Of a stretch of 64,000 bases of DNA, positions 28,601 through 40,306 are shown piece by piece. The stretch covers positions 15,686,001 through 15,750,000 of the forward strand of contig OZ024754.1 of assembly GCA_964016885.1 (NCBI GenBank). The letters run 5' to 3'. The notes below the pieces were generated by a model. It saw nothing but the letters and a program-made list of their open reading frames with translations. It was not told where the DNA came from and did no database searches. A program made the translations under genes and the position numbers. The DNA comes from Eledone cirrhosa. Its lineage: Eukaryota. The first letter of the stretch is position 1, and each line of letters begins with the position of its first letter.

Positions 28601-31600
28601 GTGATATTTAGTTAAAGAAGACATCTATTTATCGGGTGCTGTATATAGTAATGGTGTGATATTTAGTTAAAGAAGACATCTATTTATCGTGAGCTGTATA
28701 TAGTAATGATGTGATATTTAGTTAAAGAAGCCATCTATTTATCGTGAGCTGTATATAGTAATGGTGTGATATTTAGTTAAAGAAGACATCTATTTATCGT
28801 GAGCTGTATATAGTAATGGTGTGATATTTAGTTAAAGAAGACATCTATTTATCGGGAGCTGTATATAGTAATGGTGTGATATTTAGTTAAAGAAGACATC
28901 TATTTATCGTGAGCTGTATATAGTAATGGTGTGATATTTAGTTAAAGAAGACCTCTATTTATCGTGAGCTGTATATAGTAATGGTGTGATATTTAGTTAA
29001 AGAAGACATCTATTTATCGTGAGCTGTATATAGTAATGATGTGATATTTAGTTAAAGAAGACATCTATTTATCGTGAGCTGTATATAGTAATGGTGTGAT
29101 ATTTAGTTAAAGAAGACATCTATTTATCGTGAGCTGTATATAGTAATGGTGTGATATTTAGTTAAAGAAGACATCTATTTATCGGGAGCTGTATATAGTA
29201 ATGATGTGATATTTAGTTAAAGAAGACATCTATTTATCGTGAGCTGTATATAGTAATGGTGTGATATTTAGTTAAAGAAGACATCTATTTATCGTGAGCT
29301 GTATATAGTAATGATGTGATATTTAGTTAAAGAAGACATCTATTTATCGTGAGCTGTATATAGTAATGATGTGATATTTAGTTAAAGAAGACATCTATTT
29401 ATCGTGAGCTGTATATAGTAATGATGTGATATTTAGTTAAAGAAGACATCTATTTATCGTGAGCTGTATATAGTAATGGTGTGATATTTAGTTAAAGAAG
29501 ACATCTATTTATCGTGGGCTGTATATAGTAATGGTGTGATATTTAGTTAAAGAAGACATCTATTTATCGGGAGCTGTATATAGTAATGGTGTGATATTTA
29601 GTTAAAGAAGCCATCTATTTATCGGGTGCTGTATATAGTAATGGTGTGATATTTAGTTAAAGAAGACATCTATTTATCGTGAGCTGTATATAGTAATGAT
29701 GTGATATTTAGTTAAAGAAGACATCTATTTATCGTGAGCTGTATATAGTAATGGTGTGATATTTAGTTAAAGAAGACATCTATTTATTGTGAGCTGGATA
29801 TAGTAATGGTGTGATATTTAGTTAAAGAAGACATCTATTTATCGGGAGCTGTATATAGTAATGGTGTGATATTTAGTTAAAGAAGACATCTATTTATCGT
29901 GAGCTGTATATAGTAATGGTGTGATATTTAGTTAAAGAAGACATCTATTAATCGTGAGCTGTATATAGTAATGGTGTGATATTTAGTTAAAGAAGACATC
30001 TATTTATCGGGTGCTGTATATAGTAATGGTGTGATATTCAGTTAAAGAAGCCATCTATTTATCGTGAGCTGTATATAGTAATGGTGTGATATTTAGTTAA
30101 AGAAGACATCTATTTATCGGGTGCTGTATATAGTAATGGTGTGATATTTAGTTAAAGAAGACATCTATTTATCGTGAGCTGTATATAGTAATGGTGTGAT
30201 ATTTAGTTAAAGAAGACATCTATTTATCGTGAGCTGTATATAGTAATGATGTGATATTTAGTTAAAGAAGACATCTATTTATCGGGTGCTGTATATAGTA
30301 ATGGTGTGATATTTAGTTAAAGAAGACATCTATTTATCGTGAGCTGTATATAGTAATGGTGTGATATTTAGTTAAAGAAGACATCTATTTATCGTGAGCT
30401 GTATATAGTAATGATGTGATATTTAGTTAAAGAAGACATCTATTTATCGGGTGCTGTATATAGTAATGGTGTGATATTTAGTTAAAGAAGACATCTATTT
30501 ATCGTGAGCTGTATATAGTAATGGTGTGATATTTAGTTAAAGAAGACATCTATTTATCGTGAGCTGTATATAGTAATGGTGTGATATTTAGTTAAAGAAG
30601 ACATCTATTTATTGTGTGCTGTATATAGTAATGGTGTGATATTTAGTTAAAGAAGACATCTATTTATCGTGAGCTGTATATAGTAATGGTGTGATATTTA
30701 GTTAAAGAAGACATCTATTTATCGTGAGCTGTATATAGTAATGGTGTGATATTTAGTTAAAGAAGACATCTATTTATCGTGAGCTGTATATAGTAATGAT
30801 GTGATATTTAGTTAAAGAAGACATCTATTTATCGTGAGCTGTATATAGTAATGGTGTGATATGTAGTTAAAGAAGACATCTATTTATCGTGAGCTGTATA
30901 TAGTAATGGTGTGATATTTAGTTAAAGAAGACATCTATTTATCGTGAGCTGTATATAGTAATGGTGTGATATTTAGTTAAAGAAGCCATCTATTTATCGG
31001 GTGCTGTATATAGTAATGGTGTGATATTTAGTTAAAGAAGACATCTATTTATTGTGAGCTGTATATAGTAATGATGTGATATTTAGTTAAAGAAGACATC
31101 TATTTATCGTGTGCTGTATATAGTAATGGTGTGATATTTAGTTAAAGAAGACATCAATTTATTGTGAGCTGTATATAGTAATGATGTGATATTTAGTTAA
31201 AGAAGACATCTATTTATCGGGTGCTGTATATAGTAATGGTGTGATATTTAGTTAAAGAAGACATCTATTTATCGTGAGCTGTATATAGTAATGGTGTGAT
31301 ATTTAGTTAAAGAAGACATCTATTTATTGTGAGCTGGATATAGTAATGGTGTGATATTTAGTTAAAGAAGACATCTATTTATCGGGAGCTGTATATAGTA
31401 ATGGTGTGATATTTAGTTAAAGAAGACATCTATTTATCGTGAGCTGTATATAGTAATGGTGTGATATTTAGTTAAAGAAGACATCTATTAATCGTGAGCT
31501 GTATATAGTAATGGTGTGATATTTAGTTAAAGAAGACATCTATTTATCGGGTGCTGTATATAGTAATGGTGTGATATTCAGTTAAAGAAGCCATCTATTT

Positions 31601-33587
31601 ATCGTGAGCTGTATATAGTAATGGTGTGATATTTAGTTAAAGAAGACATCTATTTATCGGGTGCTGTATATAGTAATGGTGTGATATTTAGTTAAAGAAG
31701 ACATCTATTTATCGTGAGCTGTATATAGTAATGGTGTGATATTTAGTTAAAGAAGACATCTATTTATCGTGAGCTGTATATAGTAATGATGTGATATTTA
31801 GTTAAAGAAGACATCTATTTATCGGGTGCTGTATATAGTAATGGTGTGATATTTAGTTAAAGAAGACATCTATTTATCGTGAGCTGTATATAGTAATGGT
31901 GTGATATTTAGTTAAAGAAGACATCTATTTATCGTGAGCTGTATATAGTAATGATGTGATATTTAGTTAAAGAAGCCATCTATTTATCGGGTGCTGTATA
32001 TAGTAATGGTGTGATATTTCGTTAAAGAAGACATCTATTTATCGTGAGCTGTATATAGTAATGATGTGATATTTAGTTAAAGAAGACATCTATTTATCGT
32101 GTGCTGTATATAGTAATGGTGTGATATTTAGTTAAAGAAGACATCAATTTATTGTGAGCTGTATATAGTAATGATGTGATATTTAGTTAAAGAAGACATC
32201 TATTTATCGGGTGCTGTATATAGTAATGGTGTGATATTTAGTTAAAGAAGACATCTATTTATCGTGAGCTGTATATAGTAATGATGTGATATTTAGTTAA
32301 AGAAGACATCTATTTATCGTGAGCTGTATATAGTAATGGTGTGATATTTAGTTAAAGAAGACATCAATTTATTGTGAGCTGTATATAGTAATGGTGTGAT
32401 ATTTAGTTAAAGAAGCCATCTATTTATCGTGAGCTGTATATAGTAATGATGTGATATTTAGTTAAAGAAGACATCTATTTATCGGGAGCTGTATATAGTA
32501 ATGGTGTGATATTTAGTTAAAGAAGACATCTATTTATTGTGAGCTGTATATAGTAATGGTGTGATATTTAGTTAAAGAGACATCTATTTATTGTGAGCTG
32601 TATATAGTAATGGTGTGATATTTAGTTGAAGAAGACATCTATTTATTGTGAGCTGTATATAGTAATGGTGTGATATTTAGTTAAAGAAGACATCTATTTA
32701 TCGTGAGCTGTATATAGTAATGGTGTGATATTTAGTTAAAGAAGACATCTATTTATCGTGAGCTGTATATAGTAATGATGTGATATTTAGTTAAAGAAGC
32801 CATCTATTTATCGTGAGCTGTATATAGTAATGATGTGATATTTAGTTAAAGAAGACATCTATTTATCGTGAGCTGTATATAGTAATGGTGTGATATTTAG
32901 TTAAAGAAGACATCTATTTATCGTGAGCTGTATATAGTAATGGTGTGATATTTAGTTAAAGAAGACATCTATTTATCGTGAGTTGTATATAGTAATGATG
33001 TGATATTTAGTTAAAGAAGACATCTATTTATCGTGAGCTGTATATAGTAATGGTGTGATATTTAGTTAAAGAAGACATCTATTTATCGTGAGCTGTATAT
33101 AGTAATGGTGTGATATTCAGTTAAAGAAGCCATCTATTTATCGTGAGCTGTATATAGTAATGGTGTGATATTTAGTTAAAGAAGACCTCTATTTATCGTG
33201 AGCTGTATATAGTAGTGATGTGATATTTAGTTAAAGAAGACATCTATTTATCGGGTGCTGTATATAGTAATGATGTGATATTTAGTTAAAGAAGACATCT
33301 ATTTATCGTGAGCTGTATATAGTAATGGTGTGATATTTAGTTAAAGAAGACATCTATTTATCGTGAGCTGTATATAGTAATGGTGTGATATTTAGTTAAA
33401 GAAGACATCTATTTATCGTGAGCTGTATATAGTAATGATGTGATATTTAGTTAAAGAAGACATCTATTTATCGTGAGCTGTATATAGTAATGGTGTGATA
33501 TTTAGTTAAAGAAGACATCTATTTATCGTGAGCTGTATATAGTAATGATGTGATATTTAGTTAAAGAAGACATCTATTTATCGGGTG
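25601..33587. repeat. 55-bp AT-rich satellite, ~145 copies
   Basis: Unit TAGTAATGGTGTGATATTTAGTTAAAGAAGACATCTATTTATCGTGAGCTGTATA, highly homogeneous. Confidence 0.98.
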
Positions 33588-33637
33588 CAAAGCTCCGGGG
33601 AGGGAGTGGGGGCATTTCTTGTCATCGGCGTCGGCGT

Positions 33638-33805
33638 CGTTATTGTTGCTGTTGTTGTTGGAGTAGTTGTTATTGTCGGTGTGGTTGTTATTGTTTTTGT
33701 TGTTGTTGCTGATGTTGTCGTAGTTGTTGTTGTTGCTGTTGTCGTAGTTGTTGTTACTGTTGCTGTTGTCGTAGTTGTTATTGTCGGTGTTGTTGTTGTT
33801 GTTGG

Positions 33806-33838
<33 letters not shown>

Positions 33839-34009
33839 AGTTGTTATTGTCGGTGTTGTTGTTGTTGTCGTAGTTGCTATTGTCGGTGTTGTTGTTATTG
33901 TTGTTGTTATCGTAGTTGCTATTGTCGGTGTTGTTGTTGTTGTCGTAGTTGCTATTGTCGGTGTTGTTGTTGTTGTTGTTGTTGTTGTTGTCGTAGTTGC
34001 TATTGTCGG

Positions 34010-34045
<36 letters not shown>

Positions 34046-34512
34046 CGTAGTTGCTATTGTCGGTGTTGTTGTTATTGTTGCTGTTGTCGTAGTTGTTATT
34101 GTCGGTGTTGTTGTTGTTGTAGTTGTTATTGTTGTAGTTGTTATTGTTGGTGTTGTCGTAGTTGCTATTGTTTGTGTTGTTGTTGCTGTTGTTGTTATCG
34201 TAGTTGCTATTGTCGGTGTTGTTGTTATTGTTGTTGTCGTAGTTGCTATTGTCGGTGTTGTTGTTATTGTTGTTGTCGTAGTTGCTATTGTCGGTGTTGT
34301 TGTTATTGTTGTTGTCGTAGTTGTTATTGTCGGTGTTGTTGTTATTGTTGTTGTTGTCGTAGTTGCTATTGTCGGTGTTGTTGTTATTGTTGTTGTTATC
34401 GTAGTTGTTACTGTTACTGCTGCAGTTGTTGCTGTTGTTGTTATCGTAGTTGTTACTGTTACTGCTGCAGTTCTTGCTGTCATTGTTTTTATTGTTGTTC
34501 TTGCCGTTGTTG
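33638..34512. repeat. (GTT)n-derived compound microsatellite/minisatellite
   Basis: Repeats of gtcgtagttgctattgtcggt(gtt)n; Asn/Thr/Val ORFs are artefacts. Confidence 0.93.
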
Positions 34513-34839
34513 TATTTACACAGTCCGACGTGTCCTTTTTTAAGAGGGTTAAGGGTCATTTAAAAAAGATGTTTAGCAGGTCGAACAACATAGAATAAGC
34601 ATGAACAACCTGTAGAATTCGTATGAGGTTCTTCATATTATGATTATATAATACAACCCTTCATATAACACGGTCTTCCTTGCATTATTCCTTCTCCCTC
34701 TACCTTCCGAAGAAGGACGTAATCCGAAACATTACGTATGGACTTTTTTTCGCAAAACCTGAACATGAAACTAATGTCCTCAATTTCCCCTGTACTCGCT
34801 TTGAGTTTCTGTTAAATTGTTACACACACAGATGCATGC

Positions 34840-34916
<77 letters not shown>

Positions 34917-34977
34917 GATAGATAAATAGACAGATAGTTACAAACATGTATACATATGCGCGCGCACACTCAGATAT

Positions 34978-35023
<46 letters not shown>

Positions 35024-35265
35024 TACATACATACTTACATATATACACATACATACATATATATATATACAAACCTATATATATATATACATCCATACAC
35101 ACAACCACCCACAAACAGACGTGTGTATGTTTATAATCATTCTCTTTTATCTGGAGTAAGTAGATAAAAGGTCATAAGTGGTTTTTTTGATACCTGAATA
35201 ATTTCCATGTTGGTTTTAGAGGATTTGCTAGTCTAACGAATTATTGTTTTTGTTCGTTAATGGCG

Positions 35266-35314
<49 letters not shown>

Positions 35315-35491
35315 GGGAAGTGTGTTGCATAAAAGCATTAAATGACTAAATCAATGGTGCTGAAAATGTAGATATAGCTTTTTAGTGATTTAAACCAGAG
35401 TTGAAATCTATCGCTCACGTCATTTTTGGGCTTTTCATCTTTCCGTAATCGATAAAAAAAATTATATATATATATAAGTATGTATGTAATG

Positions 35492-35578
<87 letters not shown>

Positions 35579-35657
35579 ATTTATATACTATAGAGTAGAG
35601 CATGTCCAGAGAATTATTTGATAATATATATACATCATTTGATAATATATATACATC

Positions 35658-36192
35658 AATCTACACACAGAAAAGACGTAATGTATAGACAGAGGTAATA
35701 AACATAAATGAACTCCAACCAAAATTAAATAGAAAACATGAATGGAATAGCAACATCACAACTTACAATTAAGGACAAAATGAAAACACACACACATAGA
35801 ACAAACAACTAACTAGTAACATGTAAATAAACAAATAAATAAACAAATAAAAACACACACAGACACCCTGATGTAACACATACGCAAACTAAGCACACAA
35901 CACACACACAAACAAGATGGCGTAGGTCAGAACAAAGGAGAGGCACAAAACAAAGAAAAGAATCCCTAGTCACTGAAGAGGTCACAGAATGTGTGACGAA
36001 AGAACTTTGACAAATATGAACAACAGTCCGGTTGTGGAACCAACCAACCAACCGGAAATTTATAATAAATTGAAGTGAAAGCAACTGGTGCGTGTGTTTC
36101 TTATTGGCAACATGACCCTCCCAAAGTATAACAATATCGGTTTCAACACACGTTTACAGATAAAGAATCTTGCTAAACAAATTCAGAAACGA
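35658..36192 (+). mobile_element. PLE 3' fragment (endonuclease C-terminus, pLTR + tail), family F
   Basis: Reverse complement of ~36685-37225; ends in (AT)n; hammerhead at 35969-36011. Confidence 0.9.
35969..36011 (+). ncRNA. pLTR hammerhead ribozyme (family F)
   Basis: GTCA-CTGAAGA-g-GTCACAgaatgTGTGAC-GAAA-GAAC-TT-TGAC. Confidence 0.85.
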
Positions 36193-36623
36193 TATATATA
36201 TATATATATATATATATCCTGCCGCACAATAATCATATATAATCATATATAAATAAGACACACGTGCATGCCCCACGTGTAACTAATGCATACAATAACT
36301 ACTACAACTGACTAACAAACTATCCTCTTGCATTATCTACGTTAACTGCCGACTATATTTTAATTTTGCATTGATGTTGTATTTTAATTTTAATTGTGCT
36401 TTGATTCTGTTTTAATGTGATTTTGTTTTTTAATTGCCATTCAGAAATAATATAACATATGTCACCCCACTGTAAATCAATATATACATATGTATCTGTG
36501 TCTCTTGCGTTGGAAAGGAGGTCATGTATGTGTACAAACATTGAAAAATGCTCCGAAGACTCCAAGGCTCGGTTTGGAATTGTAAGCGAATAAATGCTTT
36601 GAACATAGCTTTGATTCCTGTGA

Positions 36624-36686
<63 letters not shown>

Positions 36687-36864
36687 TTTCTGAATTTGTT
36701 TAGCAAGATCCTTTATCTGTAAGCGTGTGTTGAAACCGATATTGTTATACTTTGGGAGGGTCATGTTGCCAATAAGAAACACACGCACCAGTTGCTTTCA
36801 CTTCAATTTATTATAAATTTCCAGTTGGTTGGTTGGTTCCACAACCGGACTGTTGTTCATATTT

Positions 36865-36907
36865 GTCAAAGTTCTTTCGTCACACATTATGTGACCTCTT
36901 CAGTGAC
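36865..36907 (-). ncRNA. pLTR hammerhead ribozyme (family F)
   Basis: Same motif as 35969-36011 with one loop II change. The third copy at 38252-38294 (+) has core CTGAAGT (A9 mutated). Confidence 0.85.
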
Positions 36908-37103
36908 TGGGGATTCTTTTCTTTCTTTTGTGCCTCTCCTTTGTTCTGACCTACGCCATCTTGTTTTTGTGTGTGTTGTGTGCTTAGTTTGCGCATGTGT
37001 TACATCAGGGTGTCTGTGTGTGTTTTTATTTGTTTATTTATTTGTTTATTTACATGTTACTAGTTAGTTGTTTGTTCTATGTGTGTGTGTTTTCATTTTG
37101 TCC

Positions 37104-38045
37104 TTAATTGTAAGTTGTGATGTTGCTATTCCATTCATGTTTTCTATTTAATTTTGGTTGGAGTTCACTTATGTTTATTGCCTCTGTGATTTGTCTAAAC
37201 ATTACGTCTTTTCTGTGTGTAGATTTTATTTTTATTTCTATGTTCTCTAATTTGCCCTTATGTTCTATTTTAGCATGTTGGTGGAGTACTGATGAGTCTT
37301 TTCTATCTTGGAGTTCTCGTCAGTGTTCATTTAATCGTTCTCCTATGCTACGAGCTGTCTCACCTATGTACATTATATTCTTATCTTTACATTGTCCCTC
37401 AGTACATCTTATGCTATATACTATGTTTCTAGTTTTACAGTTAATATGGGGGCTTATTTTACAGATTATGCATTTCCTATCTATACAGGGAGGTCTTTGA
37501 AAAGGGTATGTATTACTAATAAGTGTTTTTATGGAGGTACCTGGTCTTTCCACTGTATTAATATTTAGTTTAAGTTTATCTAGGGCCCTTCTAAAGTTGT
37601 AAGCTAGCTCACCTCTAGGGGTTGTATTGATGAACATTACACTCTGGTATTTATTGCTATCATACCATGAGTTTATTTTATTAATCTTATTTCTAGTTCC
37701 TTCTATTCTATTCCAAAATCTGCTCCTATACAAGGGGCAGGTCCCATTTGTATCATTATTTACCATGTTTTCCCATTTGGTTCTGGCTCCTCTATATACT
37801 CTGATTTTATCTCTCTGATTGTAACCAGAAAATTGCATACGGTGGATGAAGTGTTGTATGTGTCTCTCTAGTTCTTAGGGGTTGCACATGCGGAACACGT
37901 TCCTCATCACCCTTACTAAATCCGCAATCAGCATTCTGATTTTGGTGTGATCCGAAACAGCTGAATTTCGGTGGATCAGGTATTTGGAAGTCATGAGTTT
38001 GGCATAATGGGAATGGATGATTTGTTTTTTGTTACTAATGGTTTC
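37104..38045 (-). pseudogene. PLE ORF C-terminus: RT thumb, linker, GIY-YIG endonuclease
   Basis: CKTRNIVYSIRC...YIGETARSIGERLNEH* continues in frame past TGA 37320-37322 as RELQDRKDSSVLHQHAKIEHKG...RQITEAINI...LNRKHEW...* (TAA 37104-37106). Confidence 0.92.
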
Positions 38046-38429
38046 TAGCCAATTAAGGACAAAATGAAAACCCACACACATATAACAAACAACTAACTAG
38101 TAACATGTAAATAAACGAATAAATAAACAAATAAAAACACACACAGACACCCTAATGTAACACATGCGCAAACTAAGCACACAACACACACAAAAACAAG
38201 ATGGCGTAGGTCAGAACAAAGGAGAGGCACAAAACAAAGAAAAGAATCCCAGTCACTGAAGTGGTCACAGAATGTGTGACGAAAGAACTTTGACAATATA
38301 TGAACAACAGTCCGGTTGTGGAACCAACCAACCAACCGAAAATTTATAATAAATTGAAGTGAAAGCAACTGGTGCGTGTGATTCTTATTGGCAACATGAC
38401 CCCCCCCCCCCCCAAGTATAACAATATAT

Positions 38430-38467
<38 letters not shown>

Positions 38468-39053
38468 CAAATAAAGATTCAGCGAGAATCGCATTTCGGC
38501 GGGCAGGAAAAGCGAAGCGAAACGCAAAAATCAGAAATGATACTGGCAAAGTGTTCAATAGTTAAAAACCAGAGCTAAACAATGTGTTAAGAAGCCATAC
38601 AAAACTGAAAAGGTAGTCAAGAAGACATTAACCACCCAAGCCAAAAACCAAATCAAGCTAAACAGGTCAAAACAAAATAAATGATAAAAAATAAGTGATA
38701 ACCAGACCTGGACTCCCGGAATTGCTGTTATAATACGATGTAGAGTTTCTGTGACACCTAAATCAAAATACAGTCTGCTTAAAAATATAAGCTTTGTGTA
38801 TAATGATCGAACAAGGAATATCACGTTATCAACAGGTATTTCGCTCTGTACCAAATAAATGAATGACACGGAGGTAAGTTAACCCACGTGTGGAAATCAC
38901 AAGGGGGAAAACCCCAGATTTTGGCAAATTAATTCTGTAGGTGTAAATCATGCAAAAAATAGCATAAATAGCACAAATCGCATAAATAGCACAAATATAT
39001 ATTTCAGAAGATCAAGCAGTGATTCTTTGCTTAAACTTTAATCTGTTATTTTA

Positions 39054-39110
<57 letters not shown>

Positions 39111-39465
39111 TATGTATATATATGTGTGTATGTGTGTATGTGTGTATGTATGTATGTATATATATAGGTCACCAGTTGGTGCTACTGGTAACATGTATCC
39201 CAGTACAACCTGTCTCATGGTCGGGTCGTTGGCGACTAAACTGGCAACCCCACCAAGGTTTCTTGGTGAGGAGGGTGACTTTGGACATCCTGCAGGACTA
39301 AAAATGAGTTGGCAGCCACCATATATATATATATATATAGTAGTTGTATGGTTGCAATTAAATGCGTCCGTGGGCGGTATGCCGTTTGAGCACTCGATGC
39401 TAGCGCTGACCAGAGTATATTAATATAGGAAACGAGGAATCAGTAATGCTTCAAAACAATTTATT

Positions 39466-39559
39466 AACATATAACATATGTTTCCCCGACGTTCAGCTCA
39501 AGACAGGATCTGTTACAGATCGAACCCGACTCTGCATTCGCAAGTTCCTCAGATATGTT
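39466..39559 (-). ncRNA. Hammerhead ribozyme with long (61-nt) helix II domain
   Basis: AACATAT-CTGAGGA-[61 nt incl. GATCTGT-A-ACAGATC inverted repeat]-GAAA-CATATG-TT-ATATGTT; then AATAAA and ~125 bp to (TA)n. Confidence 0.8.
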
Positions 39560-39587
39560 TTGCGTTTTCAAAGCTTTCCATCAGATG

Positions 39588-40215
39588 GAGTTCAAATGCC
39601 ATCAAAGTCAACATTGCCTTTCATCTTTCTGGGGTTGATATAATATAGTACCAGTTAAATACTAGGGTTGATATAATAGAGTACCAGTCAAATACTGGGG
39701 TTGATATAATATATACCAGTTAAATACTGGGGTTGATATAATATTGTACCAGTCAAATACTGGTGTTGATATAATATAGTACCAGTAAAATACTGGATTG
39801 ATATAATAAAGTATCAGTTGTAGTACTGGGGTTGATATAATATTGTACCAGTAAAATACTGGCGTTGATATAATATTGTACCAGTCAAATACTGAGGTTT
39901 ATATAATATAGTACCAGTAAAATACTGGATTGATATAATAAAGTATCAGTTGTAGTACTGGGATTGATATAATATTGTACCAGTAAAATACTGGGGTTGA
40001 TATAATATTGTACCAGTCAAATACTGAGGTTTATATAATATAGTACCAGTAAAATACTGGATTGATATAATAAAGTATCAGTTGTAGTACTGAGGTTGAT
40101 ATAATATATACCAGTTAAATACTGGGGTTGATATAATATTTTACCAGTTAAATACTGGGGTTGATATAATATAGTAGCAGTTGTAGTACTGGTTTATATA
40201 ATAAAGTACCAGTCA
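39588..40215 (+). repeat. S1 SINE fragment expanded into a ~31-bp minisatellite
   Basis: B box GAGTTCAAAT and gcctttcatctttct lead directly into ~19 copies of ggggttgatataatatagtaccagtyaaatact. Confidence 0.85.
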
Positions 40216-40306
40216 AGCTGTCCAGGTCATTTGGTGCGAGTGAAGTGCCGTAAAGGTACACCGGTGTTTTCGTGAGACGTAGGAAACTTTCAACGTTCGT
40301 GAGACT

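Larger units (their letters stand above)
36685..38424 (-). mobile_element. 5'-truncated Penelope-like retroelement with inverted 5' pLTR (family F)
   Basis: RT-thumb remnant (HYAKLMTSKYLIHRNSAVSDHTK), Cys-rich linker and GIY-YIG on the minus strand. 3' pLTR + tail at 36685-37105; inverted tail-less pLTR at 38051-38424; both ends in (TA)n. Confidence 0.93.

Noticed and set aside
25601-33587. CRISPR-like regular array
   Set aside because: Head-to-tail 55-bp monomers with no unique spacers and no cas genes; eukaryotic context.
33561-34610. Asn-rich ORF / possible exon MTLNPLKKGHVGL
   Set aside because: The body is (GTT)n microsatellite; weak donor site and no recognisable partner exons.
36550-36587. 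Degenerate hammerhead GCT-CCGAAGA...GAATTG-TA-AGC
   Set aside because: The context fits (AATAAA, then TA tract), but both core halves are mutated; not counted.
37320-37322. In-frame TGA in GIY-YIG as possible selenocysteine or readthrough
   Set aside because: It is not at a Cys position (EH*R, most simply a nonsense mutation such as TGG->TGA), the copy has other lesions, and no SECIS was recognised.
39166-39250. Possible HDV-like ribozyme/RTE 5' UTR (GGTCACCA...TGGCGACTAAACTGG)
   Set aside because: Could not assign P3/L3/P1.1 consistently by eye.
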